Assembly (NCBI GenBank): GCA_022605425.2
Contig: JAKIMF020000013.1
Coordinates: 434,001-498,000, forward strand
DNA: 64,000 bases
Source of the DNA: Hamiltosporidium tvaerminnensis FI-OER-3-3
Lineage: Eukaryota; Fungi; Microsporidia
Reading direction: 5' to 3'
A program made the position numbers and the translations under genes. The notes under the pieces are model-generated. The model made no database searches. It was not told the origin of the DNA and saw nothing but the letters and a program-made list of their open reading frames with translations. Shown piece by piece: positions 1 to 12,092 of the stretch. The first letter of the stretch is position 1. Each line of letters opens with the position of its first letter.

Positions 1-1915
1 TAGATATTTGCTAATTCAAAAAATAAGCTCGTGTTTTATAAAAAAATATTTTTTTGATGATTAACATTTATTTAAATCACAGGGTTTAAATAAACTTAAA
101 TGGCTTGAATATTTTACTTTTTCTAAAAAATAAGTTTTAACCGATTTAATTCGATTTTTAAAATTACTGCCTTCTTGAGTGGACAAAAAAATTATTACGA
201 TTTAGAATGTAGACATCACACCTTGAAGTATTTTTTTGGTTACATCATTAAAATTTTTAATGGCTTTTTAATAAATTGCCACATTGTCTTACAAAAATAC
301 AAGATTCTTCAAACATATTTCGAATTAAATTTTTTTGGCATATTTTACATAGAATCTACTTTATATGTTAGGTATGTTAATATGGTTTTCGCTGGGTAAC
401 TTAAAACTGGACCATTCGGTTTTAAGAATCGATCTCTCATTACTTTAAACGTATAGATTAATATTAAAAGAAGAATATAACTGCCTAAAATATGAACAGT
501 CGATCTTCATAAACTAAAAATAACTATAAAATGTTTTGGGAATCATTGTACCGCAAAAAATAGGAAGCCATAAATCAATGTAAAATTTAAATTTAAAAAA
601 TAACCTAAATAACCGGAATTTCTATTCAGCGATTCAATTTAAAATGGTATAAAAAACGCCTTAGAGAGCTTCGATTAATCTGTTATTAAATTTTTTAGCT
701 TTAAATAGAAAATGTTTACCAAAATGTTTGTATAATTTCTCCAAGCATAATTAATTTTTTTATCCAATTTATTAGTTAATCGCTTCTATTTCTAATTATC
801 TTCGTGTTGTATTCAACTTGAATATTCTGATCTGATTCATTTACATTCACTTCAAATTTTATGATGTAAAAATTTTTTCCGCTGGGGTTTTGTGTAATTT
901 ATACCTTAGACAGAAACATAGCTTTTTCGATCCTTCATAATTATTTCAAATGAAGTTAGAACGCATATACTTAAACGTTTTATCAGACACAATAGTCTAC
1001 TGATGGAATAAAAAAATTCATTCCCATGAATGGTTCGATATCTAATCGGTATAATCTTTATCTTTCGGATAATAGATGTTTTTGTTAGGCTTACATTTAA
1101 AGTTCAAATTAAAAGTGTTAAAAATGCTTAAATAATAGTGCGAAGTTTTTATGTGCATGTGTAGCATGTTCTCGTCTATTGGAAAAAGCAAAAGGTGAAA
1201 AAAAAAACATTTTCAAAAAACTACAAACAAAGCCTGGCGGTTTTGATATCCTATCGATTTTTATTTATTTGGTTCTTATTTGTATCTAGTTCTTGAAAAA
1301 ATAAAAATTAGGCATTTTAATATGACATATCAAGTAATTAAATAAAGATTGCTTTTTAAACTATTTTATAAACCCTTGTAAATCAAAATAAATGAAGGAT
1401 TTGATATTTTATGATAAATTTATCAATGATGCTTACACATAAGTATTGAAAATAATTGAATGACTAAGATATTTACAAAAAGATTAAAAATAACTTTAAT
1501 GTTCATTTCGCCTAATAGTAATTGAGTATTTTTGTTTGATTTGATTTGAAGCAAAATATATTTTTTTAGAAAAATATATGGCGTTAGATGCAATTTTTAT
1601 AGTCTGTTTTCGAAAACCGGATTAAATCTCTTCTATTTATTCAGAAATCATTGGCTGGTAATTATTATAGCAGAAAAAAATTGCGGCTAATATTTATTTA
1701 ACATATGGATTTCATAAAATAAAATACATGAGCCCTATAAAAGTTTTGTTGAAAAAAATATAAACATATAAATGAATTCGAACAGCTAATTACCCTTGAA
1801 ACAAATTAAAAAACATTTCGTCCTCTAAAAACTAGACAATCTGCTTTTATTGATAACTTATCGGATTTATGTGATATAGTTTTTCTAAAATATAAATGTA
1901 TTTTAAAACCAGCTA

Positions 1916-2640
1916 GTCGAGAGATGATATATATCCACATAAAAAACTTTCTGCTTGGCAATGAGTGTGTGAAACTGGTGTGGGGTCATTGTTTGGATTT
2001 TTAGTGGAAAAAAACCACACTACATCTTCGGTTGTTCAATGAGAGTTTTTATGAGGAGAAGAGATCTACGAAATAGCAAAACTTTTCTACAAATCTATTT
2101 TATGGTTTTTTATGTAACTAGATTGCAGACTGCAGCTAAACATGAAGCCAATTACAATCTAAAAGCATGTAAACCTAGCCTGGCTCACTCGGGTAGAAAA
2201 CCTAGAGCCTGGGGGATATCAAAAATAAACACATTTAAATCTAGAATACCTAAGTAGCGGTTATACCTGTTGGTATGACATTTAACCGTCTAGGTGAACC
2301 CTATCTAAGTGTCTGAAATGAATCTTAGCTAAAAGTTTATTGGGTTCAGAAAGTTTAGAGTAAGTGGAATGCTTCATAGTCTTGGGGGAGCCCTGGGGGG
2401 ACTTCGGCCTTCAATCACACACTATGCAACGGCCATTAAAAAACTTCGGACAGCCGCCTCGCCTATTAATTAGGTTCTACACACCTGGTAGATGAAAGGC
2501 TTTGGACGTAGGTATCGCAGGGGGTACTGATGGTGTGTTGGTATAGCAGATATTTATGTACAACCTAGAACGCGTTAATGTCATGAAAACAAATATAACA
2601 CTTGCCACTATTTATAAAAGATGTGATATTTTTAAAAAAA
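1916..2640 (+). mobile_element. ~720-nt structured non-coding retroposon, family A (diverged copy, eroded 5' end)
   Basis: Colinear with 5867-6597 from CCACATAAAAAACTTTCTGCTTGGCAATGAG to AAAGATGTGATA. Confidence 0.85.
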
Positions 2641-4094
2641 GTCTAAAAAAATTGCGGTATAGTTCTTAATATAATATTCATCTTTACATTTTAACAATTG
2701 TACGCTATAACATACGATACATTATGGAAAAAGACAGGAATTTTTTTATTTTAGAAAATGCGAACGTTTCGATATGTTATAAGTAAGTTGACAGATTGGA
2801 TATACATCCATGAAGTTAAATAAACATATGTAAAATATATATTTTTACTTGAATGAGCTGCAATACTTCTTAAGAATTAAAAATATTTTTTAATACGATG
2901 TGATTATTAATACTAAATTTTAACTTTTATCAATCAAAAAGTAATAATTCGATCATTAAACAATCTTTTATACAACATAAGATACTATGAATTAAAAAAT
3001 ATTAGAAACTTTGTATTCTATATTTGAAACAAAAATTTGTTCGTCGAGCATGTGGGTTATAGCTTCGTTGTCTCATAATATATATGAAAATGCAAGAAAT
3101 CCACGAGAAAAATTGTTTTACTCGAGTAGAACATAATAAATATCAATTGTTTTGACAAATACGCACACGTGTCTTTAAAATATTAATCAAGATTAAAGAA
3201 AACATTCTGTTCCATAAATTCTTGATGGCAAATATTCCTAGAAAACACTGTGCAAAGTTATATCAATGATCTTAATATTTCAAAAAAATTAGTTAAGGTG
3301 ATTTCTATAGACAAAAAATCTAATATGTTTTTCTCGAAATTTTTAAACTGATAAAATGTAAAATTAAAATCTGTTTTTTTTAATTCGTGAGAATTTTTGT
3401 GATATAAGGATTCTTTAGGCTATAGCTTTTAATGATATTATTAATTGAATGAGATATGTCTTATAGTATTTGCGCATGAATCTCAATTTAAAAATAAATC
3501 AATATGGTAGATTTACATAAAAAAATAATAAAATCTTCTTTTGCACAATATTATTTATATATATTAATTAAAAAAGAAATAATTAGACTAAATTTACAAA
3601 GTAAGAACAATAATTTCCTCTCTCTATTAAGTACTAGGCAAAATGAACTTTTAGTAAGCATGCATTCAAATTATCGAAGTAAATTGTCATAGTCTGATAC
3701 AATAAACTAGAAAGATGAAATGAACGGAAAACACAAAATTAGGAAAAATAAATATTTAATATTTAAAGAAGTATTATAAAAAATATATTCATCTGAAATA
3801 AACCTCCTACCATGGCAATTCAAATTATAGTATTATAGAATATAAACATCTTTATAGGAAATTCCATGTCAAAATATAAATTTTTAACAATAATTTTTAT
3901 GAAAAATACGAAAAAGACTATTTTTCTGTTCTATTTTCCTTCAAAATTTTTCCTCCATGGAAATTTTAATATAAATTTGATATTTAATATATCCTGATAT
4001 GGAAATAAGTATAAAAATTGGAATCGCCTTAACAATTTTTGATAAATCAAATCAAATTAAAAATTATAAATAGATCGTATGTACAAAGCCCCTA

Positions 4095-4403
4095 ATGAAT
4101 AAATATTTACTTTACACTCTGTTCATAGTTTCTGTATTTTGCTCGAAAGGAAATTCCAAGTCTGAAGATGATAATCCGACAAATCCATCAAAGGCAACAA
4201 CATCTGGAGACAGTGCAAACGATACAAAAAAATCTACTGCTACTTCCAACAATACTGATGAAGAAGATAATCAAGATAACACTGACAATACAAACGATAA
4301 TTCAAATGGAAAAAATAGAGATTCTTCTATAAATGGAGTAGGTGGCGCCTGTGTGGGAATTTCTTTAGTAATGTTGTTGGCTTCACTAGCTGCTTCTTCT
4401 TAA
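4095..4403 (+). CDS. Small secreted, probably GPI-anchored S/T/N/D-rich surface protein (102 aa)
   Basis: Signal-like MNKYLLYTLFIVSVFC, polar low-complexity core, C-terminal hydrophobic tail GISLVMLLASLAASS; CCCC immediately upstream of the ATG. Confidence 0.8.
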   Translation: MNKYLLYTLFIVSVFCSKGNSKSEDDNPTNPSKATTSGDSANDTKKSTATSNNTDEEDNQDNTDNTNDNSNGKNRDSSINGVGGACVGISLVMLLASLAASS

Positions 4404-5866
4404 AGAAAAATAAATGTAGTTTGTACAATTTTTTATATTTTTAATTATTTTCTTCTTTATTTATCCAAATATGTGTGCATTTGTTCTTAAATCTTATATT
4501 ATTTACATTCCACTTTAAGTTTACTTTTTATAAATTTCTTAATTCTTTAAAAGTATAAGTCTTCAAACAATCATTAAATGTTTTATTTCGTTTTCAGGTT
4601 TCTTAAAAGGAAAATGAATTAAGACATACAGAAGAATCGCAATTTTTCATTTATTTGCAAGCTTTTTATATATTTAATTCTTCACTTTAAGGTTTAAATT
4701 TGAAATAAAACTGCGTTTGATCTATTTTAAGCGAATATATCTTAAGAACCTAAAAAATTGAGAAAAAAATAAGTTTTTTTACAAAAAAGTGGAATTTTAA
4801 TGTATAGAAATACAACTTAAATCTATAATTTAAAATATTTTTACGATTTTTCTTTCCTAAACAAATTTAAAAAACATTTATTATAAATAGAGATTCAAGA
4901 TTTATGTTTATTCAATGAAATTTACGCCTAAATATTTTTAATTTAAAGATTTTAGTGGTAGATCATAGATTATATTCTTCTAATTAACTTCAATTTAGCT
5001 TCTTTATTTCCCTAGTTTTATTTGATTTAGAATTTGTTGATTATATTTTTACAGAAGTCAATTAACCGAGATATTAAGCTTATTTAAGCATATAATAGAG
5101 TATAATATAAGAATATATTTTAACAAGAATGATAATTTTAATAAATTTTTTTTATTTTATGTTTAATAATAAAGTTATAGACGTTTAAAAATCTATAAAA
5201 GATCGAAAATTTTTTCTCGCCAAAATGTAAACATTAAAACTTCATATAATGCATGTTTTGATGAATGTATTTAAAGTATTTTGACTTAATTGAAGGTTCT
5301 AGTGCCATTCTAATTTGTGCTTTTTTCTTGATGATTATTTGTTAAAGTTTTAATAAAATTGGTTCCAAATTTCATTTAGACTTTATAAGCATTGCCTAAA
5401 CATTTTTTATTCAAGTAAAACTATTAATTCCAGGTATTTCTTAATAAGACTAGCGATAATTTTCAAAGACTTAATTAAAAATACGTAAAGCAATGTAATT
5501 TAAAAGAATACTTTGATATTTCCAAATAAGTAAATAAATAAAGTATTAACTAGAAAATAAAATTAATATTAAATAATTCAAAATTTATTTTAACATAAAA
5601 ATTAAATCTTTTTAAATGTATAATATCTTCTGTAGAATATTTAATATTTGGTTTATTTTGGCTTTATATTCAAAAAATTTAATTAATTTAAAATATGTTT
5701 ACAAATTTTCTTTAATTCAGAATCCTATTAGATTACGATATTGGATATTTTAAGTTAAACATTATCATATAAAGTTGGTACAATTATATGTTTAGTTATT
5801 GCAGCTCGATTAATTTTTTTTATACTTATTTAATCTTTTTCAAGTAATATTTATTTATTTGTCAAC

Positions 5867-6622
5867 GTGGAGGGAGGATAACCACATAAAAAACTTTCTG
5901 CTTGGCAATGAGTGTGTGAAACTGGTGTGAAGATCATTGTTTGGATTTTTGGTGGGAATACAACCACACTACATCTTCGGTTGTTCCATGGGAGTTGTTA
6001 TGAGGAGAAGAGTTCTAAGAAATGGAGAAACTTTTTCTACAAATTTATTTGTAGTTTTTTATGTAACCAGATTGCTGACCGCAGCTGAACATGTAGGTAA
6101 TTGCCATGTAAAAGCATGGAAAACTAGCCTTGCTCACTCGGGTTAGAAGACTTAGCGCCTGGGAGATATAAAAATAAAAACCATTAAAAGCCAGGAAAGC
6201 TAAGTAGCAGGTTATACCTGTTGGTATGACATTGCACTGTCTAGGTGGACCCCATGTAAATCTCTGAAATATATCTTAGCTAGAAGTTTATTGGGTTCAG
6301 AAAGTGTAGAGTAAGTGGGAATGCTGCAAAGTCTTGGGGGAGCCCAGGGGGGGCTTCGGCCTTCGATCACACTCCATGCAACGGACATTAACGAACTCCG
6401 GGCAACTGCCTCGCCTAGTAATTAGGTTCTACACACCTGGTAGATGAAAGGCTTTGGGACGTAGGTATCGCAGGGGTTACCGATGGAGTGTTGGGGTAGC
6501 AGTCATTTATGTTAAACCTAGAACTGCGTTAATGTCATAAAAACAAATATAACACTTGCCACTGTTTTAAAAAAAGATGTGATACTTTTAAATAAAGATT
6601 ATTTATTAAAAAAAAAAAAAAA
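5867..6622 (+). mobile_element. Family A retroposon, full length, with A-tail and 10-bp TSD
   Basis: Starts GTGGAGGGAGGATAACCAC, ends CTTTTAAATAAAG, A-run to 6622; TTATTTGTCA at 5855-5864 and 6623-6632. Confidence 0.9.
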
Positions 6623-8270
6623 TTATTTGTCATATAAATATAAATTATGTTGGTTTAATACGGCACATAATTCATATTAAATTTTAGTTAATATTAAATA
6701 ATTTTTATTCTATATAAAAACACCTTTGACGTAAATTGTTTTGTTATAATTGTCTAAAATATATTCTTACATATTTACAATGAAAATTTTTTTATTCTAA
6801 GAAATCATTTGATGTCGTTTCTTGTTTAAAAAAATACTCATAGAATGATTAAAATTACTATTTTTAAATTATATAGACATTTTTCTTTACTTATCACTAT
6901 ATATTATCATTTTTATTCTATTTCTCTTGAATATATTTTATAATATACTGTTCTCTGAGCCTGTAATTACAAACTTAATTTTAAGTTTTGGAAAAAAGGT
7001 AGATTCGCTTCTTAAGCTTCATTATTTAGGAAATGGTTTGGCAATATTTTTATTTCAGACTTTATGACTTTACTTAAAAAGTTTAACCGTGTGTTTTTAA
7101 GTGTTTCATATCAGCATTTATAGCCAATTTTGCGCAATTTCTAAAAAAAATTTAGGATCTTTTTTAATTGGCGCATTTTAGCTTCTGTTAGATTGTATTT
7201 TAAATTTTTAGTAGTTTAAATTCTTTTTTTTTTGTTGATTAGGTTTATCATCATTTTACTCGCGTCTATTTTAGGTACATTTTCTTAACCCGTATTGCGT
7301 ATTTTTTATTCTCAGAAAAAAACCATTTGTTACGTGTCAAGATGTATTATTCCTAGCAATAATTATATAATTGAGAATCATTTTTAGCACAAATGGTTTA
7401 ATTTAAGCAGATATAATTATTCCAAAAATTTTTTATGTACAAAATTGTTTTGGATTATCACTTCGAATAAAATACTTTAATGAAAAGGGATGTTTTACTA
7501 TTCCTTATATTCTAGATGTGTCAATATACCAGTAAAAATTTGCATCAAGAAATCCCGAAGGAAGTGATTTGAATTAAATTATACTCAGAAACTAAATTTT
7601 AAGAAAAGTGAAAAAATGCGAATAAATTTAATGAATATGATATATTAAATTCCAAAAGAAATGTTTTAACGGTGTTAGGCAACTACTATTGTATTTACAA
7701 ATAAAATGTTTTAAAGTGTTCCATGTTCTATTTCTACATACTCTTATTGGTTTGTAGATTTATTAACAAATCGTAGGAATTATATTTATATTTTTAATCG
7801 CATAATATTATTTGATTCTTACATTTTTTGAAACAGCTAAATATTTCGAGGTGAGTCTTGGTCGTCATTAAGATATTTCTAGACAATTATTAAATCTGCG
7901 TTTTAATGCAACAATTTAATATTTAAATAGAATCTTGTTTAGTTAAATTGACTATGATATGATTAAATTGTTTATGTAATGAGTTAACCAGAGAATAAAA
8001 GTCTATGAGTCTGAAAAAAATTCAAGCTAAAATATAAAAGAAAAAAATCCGCTTTGATTTCAGTTGATAGACTGGATATAAGCAAAGCCAGTTTAAAATG
8101 ATTTTGCTATCAATATTCACCATATCCGCAGTTTGGCATTGGTTCTAGAACCGATTTAAATTAAGAATATAAAAAAAAACGTTCTGGAAACCTTTACAAA
8201 AAAAATAGTGTTTGAATTTATAATAAATAAGAGCTGCATTCTACCGTATATTTTTTTTATGATATTAGAA

Positions 8271-8720
8271 ATGGTTTTGAATACATATATAATAAGTTTG
8301 TTATGTTTACACGATTTTATTTATTGTACTTCTGATGTCTCGAATGAAACTGAAAATTCAGGAAACGAATATAAAGAAATTTCCTCAAATAACTATTGTT
8401 TGGATAGCCAAGAACATGCGTATTCGCCCGAAGGCTTTAAAAATGATACAAAAACAATTTATTTTCAATGTAATTCGTATCAATCTCAAGAAATAAGACA
8501 GAATAGGTCATTTCCACAATCATTTAAATCTTTAATCAAAAAACTGAGAGAAAATGAAAACGATTGTTGTGATTCAAGCCAAAAACACGTTCTTCACACT
8601 TCAATAAAGTCAATAGAAAAAAACAAAGCGCTCAACCCTATAGTAAAGATTTCTAAACTTAAAAATCCGAAATCTTCTTCTATAAGTGATTCTTCGAATA
8701 TCAAACGAAAAAAAAAATAA
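8271..8720 (+). CDS. Hypothetical secreted protein with a basic C-terminus (start at ATG 8259 or 8271 rather than GTG 8208)
   Basis: Signal-like MVLNTYIISLLCLHDFIYC; ends KRKKK; ~150 open codons in very AT-rich DNA. Confidence 0.55.
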   Translation: MVLNTYIISLLCLHDFIYCTSDVSNETENSGNEYKEISSNNYCLDSQEHAYSPEGFKNDTKTIYFQCNSYQSQEIRQNRSFPQSFKSLIKKLRENENDCCDSSQKHVLHTSIKSIEKNKALNPIVKISKLKNPKSSSISDSSNIKRKKK

Positions 8721-9230
8721 ATCAAAATTATGTTTTAATTTCTACATTTTTCTAAATTTATTACATACCTATTATAATAGACAACAAATGTTCCGATTCA
8801 TAGTGGTTCCCATGTTCAGCATGCCCTAGTTATTTCCTAATACCTTGTAATTATAATAAGATCCTTTATTTTTATATTTTCTTTTTTGCTATGCCTTTGT
8901 ACAATTCATTTCTATTTGATCAAATACATAACCTAATAGCATACTCCTCTGCGTTGTTTGACCATCCATATTATCTTAAAAATCGCTTTTAATTAAATAT
9001 TCAACTCCTTAAATGTGAATCAAATCAAAAAAAATATTTATATTTTTTCCATTTCTTGTATTTTGCAGTTTTGTATTTTAAATTTGTTGAATTGCAAGGC
9101 GAAAAAGGCTTTTTAAACCTCTAAATACTCGTACTGCAAGTTATACACAATATATAAATTTATTTATAGCATTCGATTCTTATTTGTTTTTGCTTATCTT
9201 TTGATATTTTCATTTCGTATATAAATAAAG

Positions 9231-9458
9231 GTGGAAGGAGGATAACCACATTAAAAACTTTCTGGTTGGTGATGAATGTGTACAATTCGTATTAAAATCA
9301 TTGCTGCCATTAGAATTGGATATAAACCACACCAAATCTTTATGCCAATCCCCTAAAATCCCGAGTTACAGCAGATTAGAAGAAACAAATGGAAAACATT
9401 CATTTGTTCATCCTCGACACTTAGTGATAAAAGAGGAACGGAATAAGTAAGTAAGTAT
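9231..9458 (+). mobile_element. Family B short element: family-A-like head plus a different body ending GGAATAAGTAA
   Basis: GTGGAAGGAGGATAACCACATTAAAAACTTTCTG head; body aligns with 54021-54240. Confidence 0.65.
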
Positions 9459-10635
9459 ATATAAAAGGAACTGATACTAGAATATCCAAGAATGTAAATT
9501 ATAAAAACAGAAAATAAAAATATTAAAAAACGGTACCGTTTGCTTCATAGTATATATTACAGAGATACACCAATAAAAGTGAAATATTTATAGATTCTCA
9601 CTATGATTGAGGCATTCATAAACTTTCTTAGTTGCTTTAGATCATCAAAAAGACTTTACAGTCAATAAAAGATTCTTTGGTAGTTCTGTTTAATAACTTT
9701 TAAATTCGCCGAGACGTCGTCTGGTAGCAATCGAAGTTTAAAATTCACATCTTTGAAACAATATTTTCCAGACTAATTAGCAAGCTTTCTGTAGAATAAT
9801 ATGCATTCCAGAAGCGCAAAGCAAACTTTATCGTATAAATAAAATGATAAAAATATTACAGGAAAAAAAATCGCGCGGACGATAAGAACCTGATAGGTTT
9901 TATAACCTAAAGATGTTTAAATGTATATTACAGGACATTACGCGAGGAAACAAAAAAAATAAAAATTATGCCTTTCTTTGGACAACCAGGTTTTCATAAT
10001 TCACTTTCCGAATATAATTACGTGAAACAACATATACACTGATCTTTTATTGAAATCTATATCTTTAGGTCATTTAAGCGATGTTTAAAGTTCTACTGCG
10101 GAGGCTCGGTGATTACCCCTAATGCGCATGACTGATGAATCCAATCAGAAACACTCTATTTATCACAATGACCGATAATATTGTAAATTATGAAAATTTT
10201 AAAATAAATTATGATGAACGAAAACCGAATGGCTTTTCGAATTTAAAATGAATTAGGGCTTAATTTTAATTCAGGAAAACACTCCTATATATAATCAACT
10301 AGCATCTTTAGTAATTTTTGAATTAATTCAATTTTCACTTCAATAGCTTTTATAACAGAAATTTTAACCTAAAAAATATTGAAGTTAATAGTAAAATGTT
10401 TTCAATTGCGTAGTAAAGCGTATTTATATTCATTGTCTTTTTGCTGTTGTAATATTGATATCAAATTCTAAAAAAAATCAGTTAAAAATCAGACTAATTA
10501 ACAAATAGAGAAATGTATGCGCTAGATCCCTTTTAAATTTAGAAAGAAGAATGGTTTTTTTAATTCAAATACCTATTTTTAAAGATTTAGTATGAGAAAT
10601 GACAGGGAATTTTTTTACGTTATTTTAAATAAGAC

Positions 10636-11362
10636 TTTATTTAAAAGTATCACATCTTTTTAAAATAGTGGCAAGTGTTATATTTGTTTTTATGACATTA
10701 ACGCAGTTCTAGGTTTAACATAAATGACTGCTACCTCAACACTCCATCGGTAACCCCTGCGATACCTACGTCCCAAAGCCTTTCATCTACCAGGTGTGTA
10801 GAACCTAATTAATAGGCGAGGCAGTTGCCCGGAGTTCGTTAATGTCCGTTGCATGGAGTTTGATCGAAGGCTGAAGTCCCCCCGGGCTCCCCCGAGACTA
10901 TGCAGCTTTCCCACTTACTCTAAACGTTCCGAACCCAATAAACTTCTAGCTAAGATATATTTCAGAGACTTACATGGGGTCCACCTAGACAGTGCAATGT
11001 CATACCAACAGGTATAACCTGCTACTTAGCTCTCTCGGCTTTTAATGGGTTTTATTTTTATATCTCCCAGGCGCTAAGTCTTCTAACCCGAGTGAGCAAG
11101 GCTAGGTTTCCATGCTTTTACATGGCAATTACCTACATGTTCAGCTGCGGTCAGCAATCTGGTTACATAAAAAACTACAAATAAATTTGTAGAAAAAGTT
11201 TCTCCATTTCGTAGACCTCTCCTTCTCATAACAATTCCCATGGAACAACCGAAGATGTAGTGTGGCTTTATTCCCACCAACAATCCAAACAATAATCTTC
11301 ATACCAGTTTCACACACTCATTGCCAATCAGAAAGTTTTTTATGTGGTTATCCTCCCTCCAC
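10636..11362 (-). mobile_element. Family A retroposon, full length
   Basis: Reverse complement of 5867-6597 with high identity. Confidence 0.9.
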
Positions 11363-11370
11363 CTATAAAC

Positions 11371-11545
11371 TTATTATTATTTAATAAAATTATGGGTTAA
11401 AAGTATTTCACACTTTTATGTATTTCCTTCTATCTCTTGTACCACCATTTTTTCCACTTCTAAATCAGACTCTTCATTTATGTTTATTGTCGGTTCTTCT
11501 AATGTGGTTCCTCTCTATTAAGTAAAGGGTACATAATTTTTTATT
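11371..11545 (-). mobile_element. Diverged 3'-terminal fragment of the RLE LINE
   Basis: Matches 59800-59950 (GACTCTTCATTTATGTT, GTGGTTCCTC); ends ATTAAATAATAATAA on the minus strand. Confidence 0.75.
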
Positions 11546-12092
11546 TTAACCTTTTTATGACCAAGTCAATATGTAAGAATATAAATACATCTAAAATAAA
11601 GGTGGTGTATATTAGAAATATTGTGAGGCTTATAGTATATGAGGCATTATGAAATGAGAAATTTATTTGATATCTTACCGCTATGGTTTGTTTAATTCTC
11701 TGTATTATATCGGTATCTTAATTATAAAAAAATACACTTTTCTAATTATTTAATTTTCATTCGATATTGCATTTGTTGTAGCTCAGGTGCACTTACAATC
11801 AAGAAATACTATGACCATAAAGAAACATAATTCTATTATAAAATATTTTAAAACAATAGATTCAATTATAATATCTCTTAAATGAATGTTAGTAAAATTT
11901 TTAGAAAATTAAATATACTGAATACACATATAAAATCTCATAAAAAAAAACTATAAGAATGGAGTAATAAAAATGTCTTAAAATAAATCTTTAAAATTGA
12001 CCTAAAAACTTAAAATTTTGTAGGAAAATAATTAATAAAACCATTAATAAAAGCTACTTTAAATAGAATATTAATTATATTAAAAATTAAAT

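Noticed and set aside
5937-6146. Recurrent 60-80 aa ORFs (also 2039, 11083, 19377, 33182, 43479, 55761, 55984) as a gene family
   Set aside because: All lie within family A; starts, stops and frames differ among copies, and no protein motif is recognisable.
5867-6597. Family A as a solo LTR, MITE, or RNase P/SRP RNA
   Set aside because: No TG..CA ends, fixed 4-6 bp TSD or TIRs; the RNase P CR-I/CR-V-like words are too close together; no SRP helix 8 motif seen.
10131-10175. Hammerhead ribozyme core CTGATGA...GAAAC
   Set aside because: Stem II cannot pair, and there is no convincing stem I/III with an NUH site.
10765-10975. Twister-like GTCCCAAAGCC and group I-like AAGATATA/TCAGAGACT motifs on the antisense strand of family A
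   Set aside because: No P4 stem around the twister-like loop; the group I R/S-like motifs are adjacent and in the wrong order.
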